Shown here: piece after piece, positions 39,642-52,184 of the stretch
Numbering within the stretch: position 1 is the first letter of the stretch
How the letters are laid out: each line of letters begins with the position of its first letter
Assembly: GCA_028826165.1 (NCBI GenBank)
Contig: JAPDFW010000103.1
Coordinates: 186,001-250,000, forward strand
From: Anaeramoeba ignava BMAN
Taxonomy: Eukaryota > Protista > Anaeramoebae
Direction: 5' to 3'
DNA length: 64,000 nucleotides
Position numbers and translations under genes: made by a program
Notes under the pieces: model-generated
What the model was told of the DNA's origin: nothing
The model's database searches: none
What the model saw: only the letters and a program-made list of their open reading frames with translations

Positions 39642-42600
39642 TCAATTTTCTTTTAAAGAATGCTCAAAATTTTGTAATGTTGAAGATTTTCTTGGAGGAG
39701 GTCTTGGAGGACGATTAGAAATCTTTTCTTGAGGATTAGGATTAATAATATCATTTTGAGAAGGAATTTTATTCAAAGTTGGAGCTGGAGCTTTTGGAGG
39801 AGGAATTTTAGGAGGTTTTCGATAAACTTTTGGAGAATTTTTATTTTCAATTTTTGGAGAAGAAGGTTTTTTCAAATTTGAATTATTTTTTGATTCTAAA
39901 TTTCCTTCTTTTTTTTCGTTATTTTTTGTTTCTTCTATTTTTTTTTGTGGAAATTTTGTTTGTTTTGGACTTCTTGATTTTGGTTGTGGAAATTGAATAT
40001 TATCTTTATTTGAATTTAGATTTTGATTTTGATTTAGATTTTGATTTTGATTTTGATTTTGATTTTGATTTTGATTTTGATTTAGATTTTGATTTAGATT
40101 TTGATTTAGATTTTGATTTAGATTTTGATTTTGATTTTGATTTAGATTTTGATTTTGATTTTGATTTTGATTTAGATTTTGATTTTGATTTTGATTTTGA
40201 TTTTGATTTTGATTTTGATTTGGAAATTTTGTTGAAATTTGTAATTGTGTTTTTTGTTTTTCTTTTTGTTTTGAATTTTGATTTAGATTTTGATTTTTTT
40301 TAGTTGGTTTATTTGGAAATTTTGGTCGATTTTCAAAACTATTTCCAGCAAAAGAATTTAATCTTGTAATTGGAGAAGGAATTTTTTGTTCAGAATTTTC
40401 TGTTTGATGTTTTTTTGGAGGAAGAGGAGGTGGAGGTTCGGATTTTGTTTGTGATTTTGGAGGAAGAGGAGGTGGAGATTCGGATTTTTGTTGTGATTTT
40501 GGATTAAATGTTTTTGAATCAAATGGTGATTTTGGTTTAAATTTTGATTTTGAATTAAATGGAGATGATTTTGGATTAAATGTTTTTGAATCAAATAATG
40601 GTTGTGCTGGATATACTGCTTGAGATTGTGTTCTAAATCTTGATTGCATTTGCATTGGAGCATTTTGTGATTGTATTTCTTTTGTTTGATCATTTGTCGT
40701 TTGCTTATTCATATTTATTGGTGATTGTCTTTGTTTTTGATGATTTAATCTATGCTGTTTTTCGTTTTGTTTTTCTGTTTTTTTATTTGTTTTTCTTAAT
40801 GTTTTACGTGAGGAATCTATCATGTCTTTTTGGATTAATAAGGGATCTTGTTGTGTTGGTGTTGTTGGTGTTGTTGGTGTTATTGATATTGGTGATATTG
40901 GTTCTTTTGTGTTGATTTGTGGGATTGTTTGTTTTATTGATTCTTGTTGTTCGTTTTTAGTTGTGATTTGTGGTTTTGTTTTTGGTGTTTGTTTTTGTTT
41001 TTGTTTTTGAGATTTCTCCAATTCTTTCTGTTTTCGTTTTTCTTCTCTTTCTTTTTCTTTTTGTTCTTTTTTTTGTTGTTTGATTTTTCTTTTTTCTTCT
41101 TTTTCTCTTGCTTTTCGTTCTTTTTTTTCTTTAGATGATGTTTTTTTGGAATTTTCTGATTCGTTGATACTGTTTCTTTTTTGATTTCTTTGGGCATTTT
41201 GGTGTGGAAATGGTTCGTTAGTATTTGTCATTTGTTGCTTTTTCATTGAGGACATTCTTTCAATAACAGAAAGAATATCAGTATTTTGGATGATATCATT
41301 AATTTCACTAACTTTTTTTGTGTCTATTCTTCGAGGATTTTTTTGGTCTTGTTTATCATTCTTTACTTTTCTTGGTTGTGCTCTTTGTGGCAGATTTGGT
41401 TTTTGAATGATTGCTTTAGGTTTTTGTTGTTGTAGTTGTAATGGTGATTTTTGTTCTTGATTTTCTTCAATTTTCTTCTCTTCAATTATTTGCTCTTCAA
41501 TTTTATTTTCTTCAATTTTATTTTCTTCAATTTTATTTTCTTCAATTTGATTTTCATTTAAATTTTCAGCTTCTGAAATATCTTCTGTTTTTGGTTCACT
41601 TTCAACTGGACTTGATAAATCAGTTGGTGGATTTGTTTCTTTTGGTGATTGAGCATCATCTCCACTTGGAATATCCGTTTTTTTCTTTGGAATTGGAGGA
41701 GGAATACTTCTGCCTTTTCTCAATTTGTCAAGCATTTCTTTTGAAACTGTTTTTTTCTTGATGACTTTTTTGGGTTGATCTTTTTGGGTTTGTTCAGATT
41801 TTGCTTCTGATTGATAAGCTGTTGTGTTTATTAGTGATTCTTTATGTAACTGCTTTTGCCTTTTATCCAATTCTTCCAAACTAATGTTGTCTAAATCTTG
41901 GGATGAAATTCCTTTATATAAAGATGATGATGTTGTTTTCATAACAAGATTATGTTTTGATAACAATGCAGAATCTCCTCCAAATGTTTTTGTTGATCCT
42001 AAAGAACCCACTTTTGGAGGTAGTAAGTTTTTCATAACTTCTAAAGCTTTTAAGTTGACAGCAAATTGAGCGATTACTTTTCTGTGAAGAGCGAGTTTTG
42101 CACGATGATCTTAAATTAATTAAAATTATTAAATTAAATTAAAATTATTAAATTAAATTAAAATTATTAAATTATTTAGAACCACGAACAAACTAAATCA
42201 GGATTTTTAGAAACAAGATTATCAATAACTGCACATATTTTATTCATCCAATCAACCTTGTCTTCATATGTATTACAATAAAATGCATAACTTTTTTTCA
42301 CTCCGATTAAAAAGAAAATATTTGATATTCGATCAGTATCCGGAACATTTTGGATCCAAATTGGTTCTAAATAAATCATATATTTAAATCTATATTTCTG
42401 AAATTTTTTATCAGCAAATAAAATAATATCATTGAATAAGAATATATATTTCTTTTTTGTTCCAAATCTAGATATTTTATGAACTGATCCTGATTTAATT
42501 AAATATCTTCCTGAAGCAACAAAATCCTATAATAATAAATCAAACAAATTTAGAGTGAATATTATTTTTATTTTTATTTTTATTTTTATTACAGGAGAAG

Positions 42601-43619
42601 ATGAATCAAATGAAGCACGAACTTCAAGCATAATTCGAACATTTTCTAAATCTTTCATTTTTGTATTGATTGTTTCTGCTGTTGAATGAGTTTTTTCAAT
42701 AGCTTCAGCAACGAATTGATAATCAGGATGATCATTAGTTTCATTTTTATAAATAACCTTTTTTTCCGAATAATTATTTTAGAATAATTATAAAATAATT
42801 TTTGAATAATTATAAAATAATTTTTGAATAATTATAAAATAATATTTGAATAATTATAAAATAATATTTGAATAATTATAAAATAATATTTGAATAATTA
42901 TAAAATAATTTTTGAATATTTATAAAATATTATACTTGGAGTAATAAATTATATCTTGGAATTCTTTGAACTGGTAAAATCATAAAACTTGTAATATCTA
43001 AACCCTCAGCTTGACGAAGTTCCTAAGAAAAATTAAAATTAAAATTAAAATTAAAATTAAAATTAAAATTAAAATTAAAATTAAAATTAAAATTAAAATT
43101 AAAATTAAAATTAAAATTCATTTATAAAATTAAAATTAAAATTACTGATAAAAAGGTTTCAAATCTTTCTTTTTTCTTTCTAATTTCAGAAACAATTTCA
43201 ATAGCATGTTTATAACCTTCACAATAAACATAATATAAATCTAAATAATTAGCAAGATTAATTAAGACTTCTCCAATTAAAGCCGAACTAGGAGAAATAT
43301 TTTGTGTTCTTTTTTCCAAATCTTTAAGAATAATATTTTCATGTAAATTTAAAATATCTTTAACGTTATTAAAAATCATTTGAAATTGTTCTGAATTAAT
43401 TAATCCATTTTTTAATTGGGATTCTTCTTCTAATGGTTTCCCAAATGATTCAACTAGTGTTTTTAATCCTCTAACATATGTTTTTTCTGTTGCTAATAAT
43501 TCCATTATTGCTTGTCCTCTTTGTGAACTCATTTTTTTCTGCTTTTTTTTGATTTCTTTTGTTGTTTTTCTTCGAATTAATGATTGTATTATTTGTATTT
43601 TATTTTGATTTGTATTCAT
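39642..43619 (-). CDS. Dbl-family RhoGEF (IQ-like motif, DH-PH, long proline-rich/QN tail); exons 43619-43146, 43022-42936, 42757-42593, 42526-42190, 42109-39642
   Basis: RGQAIMELLATEKTYVRGL, MILPVQRIPRYNLLLQ, HPDY, PH YIFLFNDII..KVDWMNKI; PPPLPPK motifs. Confidence 0.9.
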
Positions 43620-43907
43620 TTTGTGTGTTTTTAATTGAAAAAGAAAAGAAAAATGAAAAATGAAAAAGAAAAATGAAAAAGAAAAACTTTTTAAAAAATT
43701 TTTTTTTGTTGTTTTTGTTTTTTTGTTTTTGTTTTTGTTTTTGTTTTTGTTTTTGTTTTTGTTTTTGACTTTTACAAATAAAAAAAAAATAATTTTTAAT
43801 CTTATTTTCTTTATTAAAAAAGAAAAAACAAACTGATCAAATTATTTAAAAAATTGCATAAAAAAAAATCCATTTCGAATTTTAAATTATTTTAAAAAAA
43901 AAAAACT

Positions 43908-46119
43908 TCATTTATCTAAAAGATTAAATTCTTTAAAATATTCATGTTTTAAAGCTTGTTTAGCAGTTAATCTTTTATTAGGATCAAGAACAAGAATTTT
44001 TTCAAGAAGATCAATAGCAAGTGGATCAATAAATCTGTTTTCAGACATATTTTCGATTGTTTCTTTTAACATATGTTGAGAAAAGCCGGGAAACACAGTA
44101 GAAAATTCAGGCAATTCTGTAACACCTGGCCAAATATTGTTATCTGGCAAACCAAAAGTTTGAAAAATTTTATAAAGTTGATCAATTTCAGAATCGCCGG
44201 GAAATAAAGATTCATTAAGAAGCATTTCAGCAAAAATTGTTCCTACGCTCCACATATCAACTGCGGGAGAGTAGTGCTTGGATCCGAGCAGTATTTCAGG
44301 TGCTCTATACCATAATGTGACTACATCGTGTGTATATGTTCTTAATGGATAACTGAATGAACGTGCTAATCCAAAATCTGCTATTTTTAAAATTCCTGTT
44401 TTGCTTATTAATAAGTTTTGTGGTTTTAAATCTCTATGAATTATAGAATGTAAATGGCATTCTGATAAACCTTGTAAGAGTTGATAAGTTAAACTCTATC
44501 CAATTAAAACGAATTATTTAAATATATTTATTTAAATATAAATATTTAAAATATAAATATAAATATTTAAAATATAAATATAAATATTTAAAATATAAAT
44601 ATAAATATTTAAAATATAAATATAAATATTTAAAATATAAATATAAATATTTAAAATATAAATATAAATATAAATATTTAAAATATAAATATAAATATAA
44701 ATATTTAAAATATAAATATAAATATAAATATTTAAAATATAAATATAAATATTTAAATATATTGATTAATTTAAATATATTAATTTAAATATATTTATTG
44801 ATTTAAATATAAATATAAATATTTAAAATATAAATATATTTAAATATAAATATATTGATTTAAATATAAATATAAATATAAATATTTAAATATATTGATT
44901 TAAATATATTGATTAATTTAAATATATTAATTTAAATATATTGATTTATTTAAATATAAATATATTGATTAATATAAATATAAATATAAATATTTAAAAT
45001 ATAAATATAAATATATTGATTTAAATATATTGATTTATTTTAAATATATTTATTAATTTAAATATATTGATTAATTTAAATATATTTATTAATTTAAATA
45101 TATTGATTAATTTAAATATATTTATTAATTTAAATATATTGATTTAAAATATATTGATTTAAATATATTAATTTAAAATGTATTGATTAATTTAAATATA
45201 TTGATTAATTTAAATATATTGATTAATTTAAATATATTGATTAATTTATATTAATTTATTTAAATATATTTATTGATTTTAAATATATTTATTGATTTTA
45301 AATATATTTATTGATTTAAATATATTGATTAATTTAAATATATTTATTGATTTATTTAAATATATTAATTTAAATATAAATATAAATATAAATATATTGA
45401 TTTAAATATATTGATTTATTTAAATATATTTATTAATTTAAATATATTGATTGATTTAAAAATTAATGTTAATATTGATTTAGATATTTTGAAAAAAAAA
45501 AAGTGGAATAAAAAAAGCAAAAATTTTCTCCTTTAGTTTAAATGTAAAAGGAGAATATCAGATAATATTAAAAGCAAACCTTTGTTTGACTTGGATTGAA
45601 TCCTTTTTGTTTGTTCATAAGCCTTTTTAAATCATAATCAACAAACTCAAAAATCAAATATAATTTTTCACTTGTACAAATAACATTTAAAAGAGAAACA
45701 ATATTAGGATGAGAAAGTTCTTTTAATAAAGAAACTTCACGAATAGCAGTTGAAGGAACACCTTCATCATCCCTTTCTAAAGGAATCTTTTTCAATGCAA
45801 TTATTTCCTTAGTCTGAATGTTTTTTGCTTTTTTTATTGAAAATTAATTATAAAATTAATTATAAATATAATTATAAATTTAATTATAAATATAATTATA
45901 AATTTAATTATAAATATAATTATAAATATAATTATAAATTTAATTATAAATTTAATTATAAATTTAATTATAAATTTAATTATAAATTTAATTATAAATT
46001 TAATTACAAATTTAATTATAAATATAATTATAAATTTAATTACCTTTATAAACAACTCCATAAGTTCCTGCACCAACTTTATGTTCTTTAACAATTTGGT
46101 CAAGTGTATGGTGAGACAT
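43908..46119 (-). CDS. CDK1: PSTAIRE cyclin-dependent kinase (CDK1/2 family); exons 46119-46044, 45827-45580, 44495-43908
   Basis: [63 protein letters not shown]. Confidence 0.95.
44520..45470. repeat. Intronic AT-rich minisatellite in CDK intron 2
   Basis: AAATATAAATATAAATATTTA and TATATTGATTAATTTAAA units. Confidence 0.85.
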
Positions 46120-46506
46120 TTTAAATTAAAAAAATAACAAAAACAATAATAATAATAATTATAATAATAATAATAAATTTCAAAAAGAAAAAGAAAAAGA
46201 AAAAAGAAGAAAAAAATGAATTAAAAAATTTTTTTCCTTTCTTTTAATTTCTCATTTATTCAACGTATAAATTCTAAGTTAAAATTTAACAAGAAGGATA
46301 ATAAGAAAAAAATAATTTTTTTCCTCTTGTAATTCTGACTAAAAGAAATTCAAAATGACTAATTTTTTTAAAAAGAGAAAAAAAAAATTTTTTTTTTTTG
46401 ATCGTCCACTTTTTTTTTTTTTTAATTTTTGCTTTTTTTTTTTTAATTTTTTTTATAATTCAAAAATAAAATATAAAAATGTTTTTTTTTTTTTAAATTT
46501 TTAATT

Positions 46507-49461
46507 TTAAAAATCTTCAAGACTTTTTGAAAGAACTTTTGCCATTTCAATATCTAATTGTTCTTCTAAAGAAATTGATTTTGCTAAAGCAAGAGCAACT
46601 TCTTCAGAAATTTCATAATCTTTTTCAGGAACTCTTTTTACTTTATTTTTTTCTTGTAATAAAACTTCTTCTAAATCATATTCATCATCAAATTTTTTAG
46701 AAAGAGATTTTTGGATCAGAGCTTTATGAGATTTTTTAGAAGAAATTGGGAAACTAAAATGGTTCATTTTATAATTTTTTTTACTTCTTTTTGAATTTGA
46801 AAAATGAATTTTTCCTTTTTGATTTTGATTTTGATTTTGATTTTGATTTTGATTTTTCTTTTTCTTTTTCTTTTTTGGATTGAATTCAATTATTTGAATT
46901 TTTTTGTAAGAAGAGACAAAAATATTTGTTTCAAAAACTTCAAATTTAATAATTGGTTCGTCATTAAAGGATTTGATTTTTTGAATAAAGTTTCCAAAAC
47001 GATCAAAAATGAAAATTTCTCCTTGATGAGTTGATATGAAGATTGAAAAGAAATCAATATAAATTTGCGAAGGTTTTCCTTGAATTTGGAATGAATATTC
47101 AATCTTTTGTGTTGAAGGATTGAAAAGAACAACATCTCCAATTTTTGAAGAACAACAAACAAATCCCTTTTGGAATGAAAGGGTTGTCATTTTATTTGGA
47201 GTTAAATTGTCGATTGAGTATGAAGGTTTTGAGTTTGAATCTAATTTAGAGAGGAGATTGTAGCAACTAATTCTGCCAAAATGATGCCCAACAAGTAAAT
47301 ATTTGCTTATAGATTTTTGATTTGTGATTAAATGGTTATTTTTGGATTGATTTGGATTTTCATTATCATAAACAGATTCTTTATTCTCTTCCATAAATTC
47401 GTGAACAATATATTCCAATCTTGTAACTTTATCAAATTCTCCAGCAAGAACCATGATTTTTTTATGTTGGTTCACTGACCAAAAAACTAATTCACCTGAA
47501 ATTCCCCCTAAAACAATAATGTAATCATCCAAATAAGGATAACAACAAACAGCGGTAACAAAAACAGAAGGATCTAAAAAAGACATGTAATTTTTTTTGC
47601 CAAAAGTCCACAAATCAAAAAATCGGATTGTTCCGTTGAAAGAAATTGAAATGACAAACGATTTTTGATCAAAATTATCAATTTTCAAAATTCTAATTGG
47701 CGAGTCATTTTCTGCAGAAAGAAAACGGTGTTGTTTAGACATTAAGAACTCTGCAGAAATGGATCCGTTTTCATGACCGAAAATAACCACGTGATCCTTG
47801 TTGATAAAATCATGAACCATACAAATAGGATCCTCAATTGGAAATTGAGAAACTACACTTGTTCTTCGAGAAAAAAGATCATAAAATTGGATGACATCAT
47901 CAGAAATTATTGCGAATTTTGTTTGGCCTTTCTTTTGTGGTTTGATTTTCTTTAATGAAGTTGAGGGTTTTTTACTGTTGTTGTATTTATTTTGTAAAAT
48001 GAAAGAATCAAAAATGATATCGGTTTCGTTGCGAAAGAATATTTTAACATTTCTTAAATGTGGTTTCAAACCCAGCATTTTGTTTCTTTTGCTTTGGGAA
48101 ATGTATTCTTGTTTCCATGTTGAAAATAGTTTATTTGACGGATCCAGTCTCCATTTTTCCTGGGTTGCTTGTTTCCATGTGTAATCATCATCAACAATTG
48201 ATTTAAAAAAACTACAAGTTTGTTGAATAAAACTTAAGTGTTTTTCGTCTAAATGTGAAAAAATTAGAATGAGAATATCATCTGTAAGTGTTTGTAAAGT
48301 TAATGGTTCTTTTTTTATATGATCTTTTTGATCTTTTTCATCATCACTATCAATTTCATCTTCAATTTCGTCATCTTCATCATCTTCATCATCTTCATCA
48401 TCATCAATTTCATCATCTATTTCAATTTGTATTTGATTTATTATTTGATTTAAAATTTCATTGTCAATTTGGTTTTCTATTTTGATTTGATTTTCCATTT
48501 CCATTTTGTTTTTTAATTTGATTTCATTTTCAATTTGAAATTGATTTTGAATTTCATTTTGATTTTGATTTTGATTTTGATTTTGATTTATATTTTGATT
48601 TTTATTTTCAATTTGATTTTGATTTTGATTTTGATTTTGATTTTGATTTTGATTTTGATTTTGATTTTGATTTTGATTTTGATTTTGATTTTGATTTTGA
48701 TTTTCATTTTGATTTTGATTATGATTTTGATTTATATTTTGATATTGATTTATATTTTGATTTTGATTTTGTGTTATATTTTGATTTTGATTTTGATTTT
48801 CATTTTGATTTTGATTTTCATTTTGATTTTGATTATGATTTTGATTTTGAATTTGATTTTGATTTTGTTGATGAATTTGTGTTATATTTTGTTGTTGATT
48901 TTGTTGATGAATTTGTGTTATATTTTGTTGATGAATTTGTGTTATATTTTGATTTTGATTTATATTTTGATTTTGTTGTTCATTTTGGTTTATATTTTGA
49001 TTTTGATTTTCATTTTCATTTTCATTTTGATTTTCATTTTGATTTATATTTTGATATTGATTTATATTTTGATTTTGATTTATATTTTCATTTTGATTTT
49101 CATTTTGATTTTGTTGTTGATTTTGTTGTTGATTTTGTTGTTGATTTTGTGTTATATTTTGTTGTTGATTTTGTTGTTGATTTTGTTGTTGATTTTGTTG
49201 TTGATTTTGTTGATGAATTTGTTGATGAATTTGTGTTATATTTTGATTTTCATTTTGATTTATATTTTGATTTTGATTTTGATTTTGTGTTATATTTTGA
49301 TTTTGTTGATGAATTTGTGTTATATTTTGATTTTGATTTTGATTTATATTTTGATTTTGATTTTGATTTTGATTTTGATTTATATTTTCATTTTGATTTA
49401 TATTTTGATTTTGTGTTATATTTTGTTGATGATTTTGTGTTATATTTTGTTGTTGATTCAT
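46507..49461 (-). CDS. F-box + WD40-like propeller protein with ~300-aa Q/N-rich N-terminus and C-terminal UIM-like helices
   Basis: LQTLTDDILILIFSHLDEKHLSFIQQTCSFFKSIVDDDYTWK (F-box); WD-like GTIRFFDL, GELVFWSV; tail EEVALALAKSISLEEQLDIEMAKVLSKSLE. Confidence 0.82.
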   Translation of the reverse strand: MNQQQNITQNHQQNITQNQNINQNENINQNQNQNQNQNINQNQNQNITQIHQQNQNITQNQNQNQNINQNENQNITQIHQQIHQQNQQQNQQQNQQQNQQQNITQNQQQNQQQNQQQNQNENQNENINQNQNINQYQNINQNENQNENENENQNQNINQNEQQNQNINQNQNITQIHQQNITQIHQQNQQQNITQIHQQNQNQIQNQNHNQNQNENQNQNENQNQNQNITQNQNQNINQYQNINQNHNQNQNENQNQNQNQNQNQNQNQNQNQNQNQNQNQNQIENKNQNINQNQNQNQNQNEIQNQFQIENEIKLKNKMEMENQIKIENQIDNEILNQIINQIQIEIDDEIDDDEDDEDDEDDEIEDEIDSDDEKDQKDHIKKEPLTLQTLTDDILILIFSHLDEKHLSFIQQTCSFFKSIVDDDYTWKQATQEKWRLDPSNKLFSTWKQEYISQSKRNKMLGLKPHLRNVKIFFRNETDIIFDSFILQNKYNNSKKPSTSLKKIKPQKKGQTKFAIISDDVIQFYDLFSRRTSVVSQFPIEDPICMVHDFINKDHVVIFGHENGSISAEFLMSKQHRFLSAENDSPIRILKIDNFDQKSFVISISFNGTIRFFDLWTFGKKNYMSFLDPSVFVTAVCCYPYLDDYIIVLGGISGELVFWSVNQHKKIMVLAGEFDKVTRLEYIVHEFMEENKESVYDNENPNQSKNNHLITNQKSISKYLLVGHHFGRISCYNLLSKLDSNSKPSYSIDNLTPNKMTTLSFQKGFVCCSSKIGDVVLFNPSTQKIEYSFQIQGKPSQIYIDFFSIFISTHQGEIFIFDRFGNFIQKIKSFNDEPIIKFEVFETNIFVSSYKKIQIIEFNPKKKKKKKNQNQNQNQNQNQKGKIHFSNSKRSKKNYKMNHFSFPISSKKSHKALIQKSLSKKFDDEYDLEEVLLQEKNKVKRVPEKDYEISEEVALALAKSISLEEQLDIEMAKVLSKSLEDF

Positions 49462-49785
49462 TTCTATTTCTAAAAAAAAAAAAATAATACAAATTAAATT
49501 GAAAAAAAAATGAAAAAAAAAAATGAAAAAAAAAAAATAAAAAAAAACTTTTCTTTCTTGAAAAAAAGAGAAAATTACATCAATTATTAATAATTTTTAT
49601 TTAATATTAATAATAATTTTTTTTAATGATGATTTGGAAAAATAAAGAAAAAAAATAATTAAAAAAATAAAATTTTTTTTTTCATTTTTTTTTCAATTTA
49701 ATTTTTTGCTTTTTTCCATTTTCAATTCCAAATTTTCTTCATTTTAAAACAAAACAAAAAAAAAAACAAAAACAGAAAAAAAAGA

Positions 49786-51954
49786 ATGTTAAATCTATTT
49801 AAAAAACAAATACCAAAAACAGTGAATACAATTCAATTTACATTTTCCAGTCAAATTAAAAAAACGCATTTAAATTCAATTCATCGAGAAATTGGAGGAA
49901 AAATGGTAGAATTTGCTGGATGGGATATGCCAGTAAAATATGATAATCTTTCTATTGTTGAAAGTCATCTTCATACTCGTAATAAATGTTCCCTTTTCGA
50001 TGTTGGTCATATGGGTCAATATAGAATTACTGGTCCTGATAGAAAACGTTTCTTTGAAACTGTTGTTGTTGCTGATGTTCATTCTGTCAAATTGAATCAA
50101 TCAAAATTATCTTGTTTTACAAATGAAAATGGTATTTTTACTTCATCAAATTTATTTCATCAAATTTTATATAAATTATAAAATATAATTATAAATATAA
50201 ATATAAATATAAATATAAATATAAATATAAATATAAATATAAATATAAATATAAATATAAATATAAATATAAATATAAATATAAAAATATAAATATATAA
50301 ATATAAATATAAATATAAATATAAATATAAATATAAATATAAATATAAATATAAATATAAATATAAATATAAATATAAATATAAATATAAATATAAAAAT
50401 ATAAAAATAAATATAAAATAAATATAAAATAAATTATAAATATAAATATAAATATAATTCTAAATATAAATATAAATATAAATATAAATATCAAAATGAA
50501 TTTTAATTTTTAAATTAAAAATGAAAAAGGTGGAATTAAGGATGATTGCATGTTTAATAACAGAGAAGATGATGCATTATTTCTTGTAGTTAATGCAGCT
50601 TGTAAAGAAAAAGATCATAATCATAAATATAACAATGAAAAATTTAAAGATAAAGAATATAAAATGTTAATAATTAATTTTTATCAAATCAATTTTTGCA
50701 GTTTTAAATTAAAAATCAAATTTAATATTAAAATTAAAATTAAATATTAAAATTAAAATTAAAAATTATAAAATTAAAATTAAAATTAAATTTAAAATTA
50801 AATTTAAAATTAAAATTAAAGTTAAAATTAAATTTAAAATTAAAATTAAAGTTTAAAAATTTAAAATTAAAATTAAAATTAAAATTTAAAATTAAAATTA
50901 AAATAAAATTAAAATTAATATTAATATTAAAATTTAAATTAAAATTAAAATTATAATTAAAATTAAAATTAAAATTAAAATTAAAATTAAAATTAAAATT
51001 AAAATTAAAATTAAAATTAAAATTAAAATTAAAATTAAAATTAAAATTAAAATTAAAATTAAAATTAAAATTAAAATTAATATTAAAATTAAAATTAAAA
51101 TTAAAATTAAAATTAAAATTAAAATTAAAATTAAAATTAAAATTAAAATTAAAATTAAAATTAAAATTTAAATTAATATTAAAATTAAAAATTCATTTAT
51201 AAAATTAAAATTAAAAAATTAAAATTAAAATTAAAAAATCAAAAAATTGTTCATCAAAAAAGGACCGAAAACTATGGAAATTGTCGAAAAAATGGCTAAG
51301 ACATCACTTCGAAATATGCCATTTATGACAGGACGCGAATTAAAATTCGACAACATCAAAGTATGGGCAACACGATGCGGTTACACAGGAGAAGATGGAT
51401 TTGAATTATCAATAGAAGATCCAGAACAAGCAAAACAACTGACATATCGGTTCTTAGCAAATCCACTTGTCGAAGCAGCAGGACTTGGAGCAAGAGATTC
51501 GCTACGATTGGAGAGCGGACTTTGTCTGTATGGTAATGATATGGACGAAACAACAACTCCTTCTGAAGCTTCTTTACTTTGGTTGATCTCAAAAAATCGA
51601 AAACAAACTGGTGGTTTTCTTGGTGACTCAAAAATTCTCTCTCAAATTAAGAACAAGTCATTAGTCAAGAAAAAGAGAATCGGTCTCCTCATCCCTCAAG
51701 GTCCTCCTGCTCGTCAGCACGCCCTTGTTTTTGACCCTTCTGGAAATAAAATTGGTGAAGTAACTTCTGGCACTTTTTCTCCTGTTCTTAAAAAAGGTAT
51801 CGCAATGGCTTATGTCCCTCCTGCTTTTTCAAAAAATGGAACTAAACTCCAAGTAGAAGTTCGTGGAAGACTCTTCCCTGCTATTGTTACAAAAATGCCT
51901 TTTGTTCCTGCTGGTTATTATAAGGTTCCTGGTGATGGAAAATCTAAAAAATAA
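49786..51954 (+). CDS. gcvT: Glycine cleavage system T protein (aminomethyltransferase) with organellar targeting leader; exons 49786-50131, 50530-~50700 (3' end unresolved), 51263-51954
   Basis: GGKMVEFAGWDMPVKY, SLFDVGHMGQ, GGIKDD, RCGYTGEDGFE, GLGARDSLRLESGLCLYGND, GEVTSGTFSP, MPFVP. Confidence 0.95.
50720..51240. repeat. Intronic (TAAAAT)n; also (ATATAA)n at 50190-50490
   Basis: Visible hexamer arrays. Confidence 0.9.
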
Positions 51955-52184
51955 TTCGTTCCACTTTTTTTTTTCCGTTTTTTTTTTTTTGCTTTTTTCT
52001 TTCTTTCTTCAAAAATCAAAATTTTAATTTGGATCCAGTTTCATTTAAATTCTTCATTTTCTTTAGTAATAAAAATGGAATTTGGAAATGAATGAAAAAA
52101 AAAAAATTAAAAACAAAAATTTCAAATTTCATTTTTCAATTTTTTTTCAATTTTTTTTCAATTTTTTTTCAATTTTTTTTTAAA

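Noticed and set aside
50620-51262. Missing LALQ segment and donor site in gcvT exon 2, considered as possible microexons or trans-splicing
   Set aside because: No AG-n-GT units found; a garbled SIFAV remnant near 50690 points to poor consensus sequence
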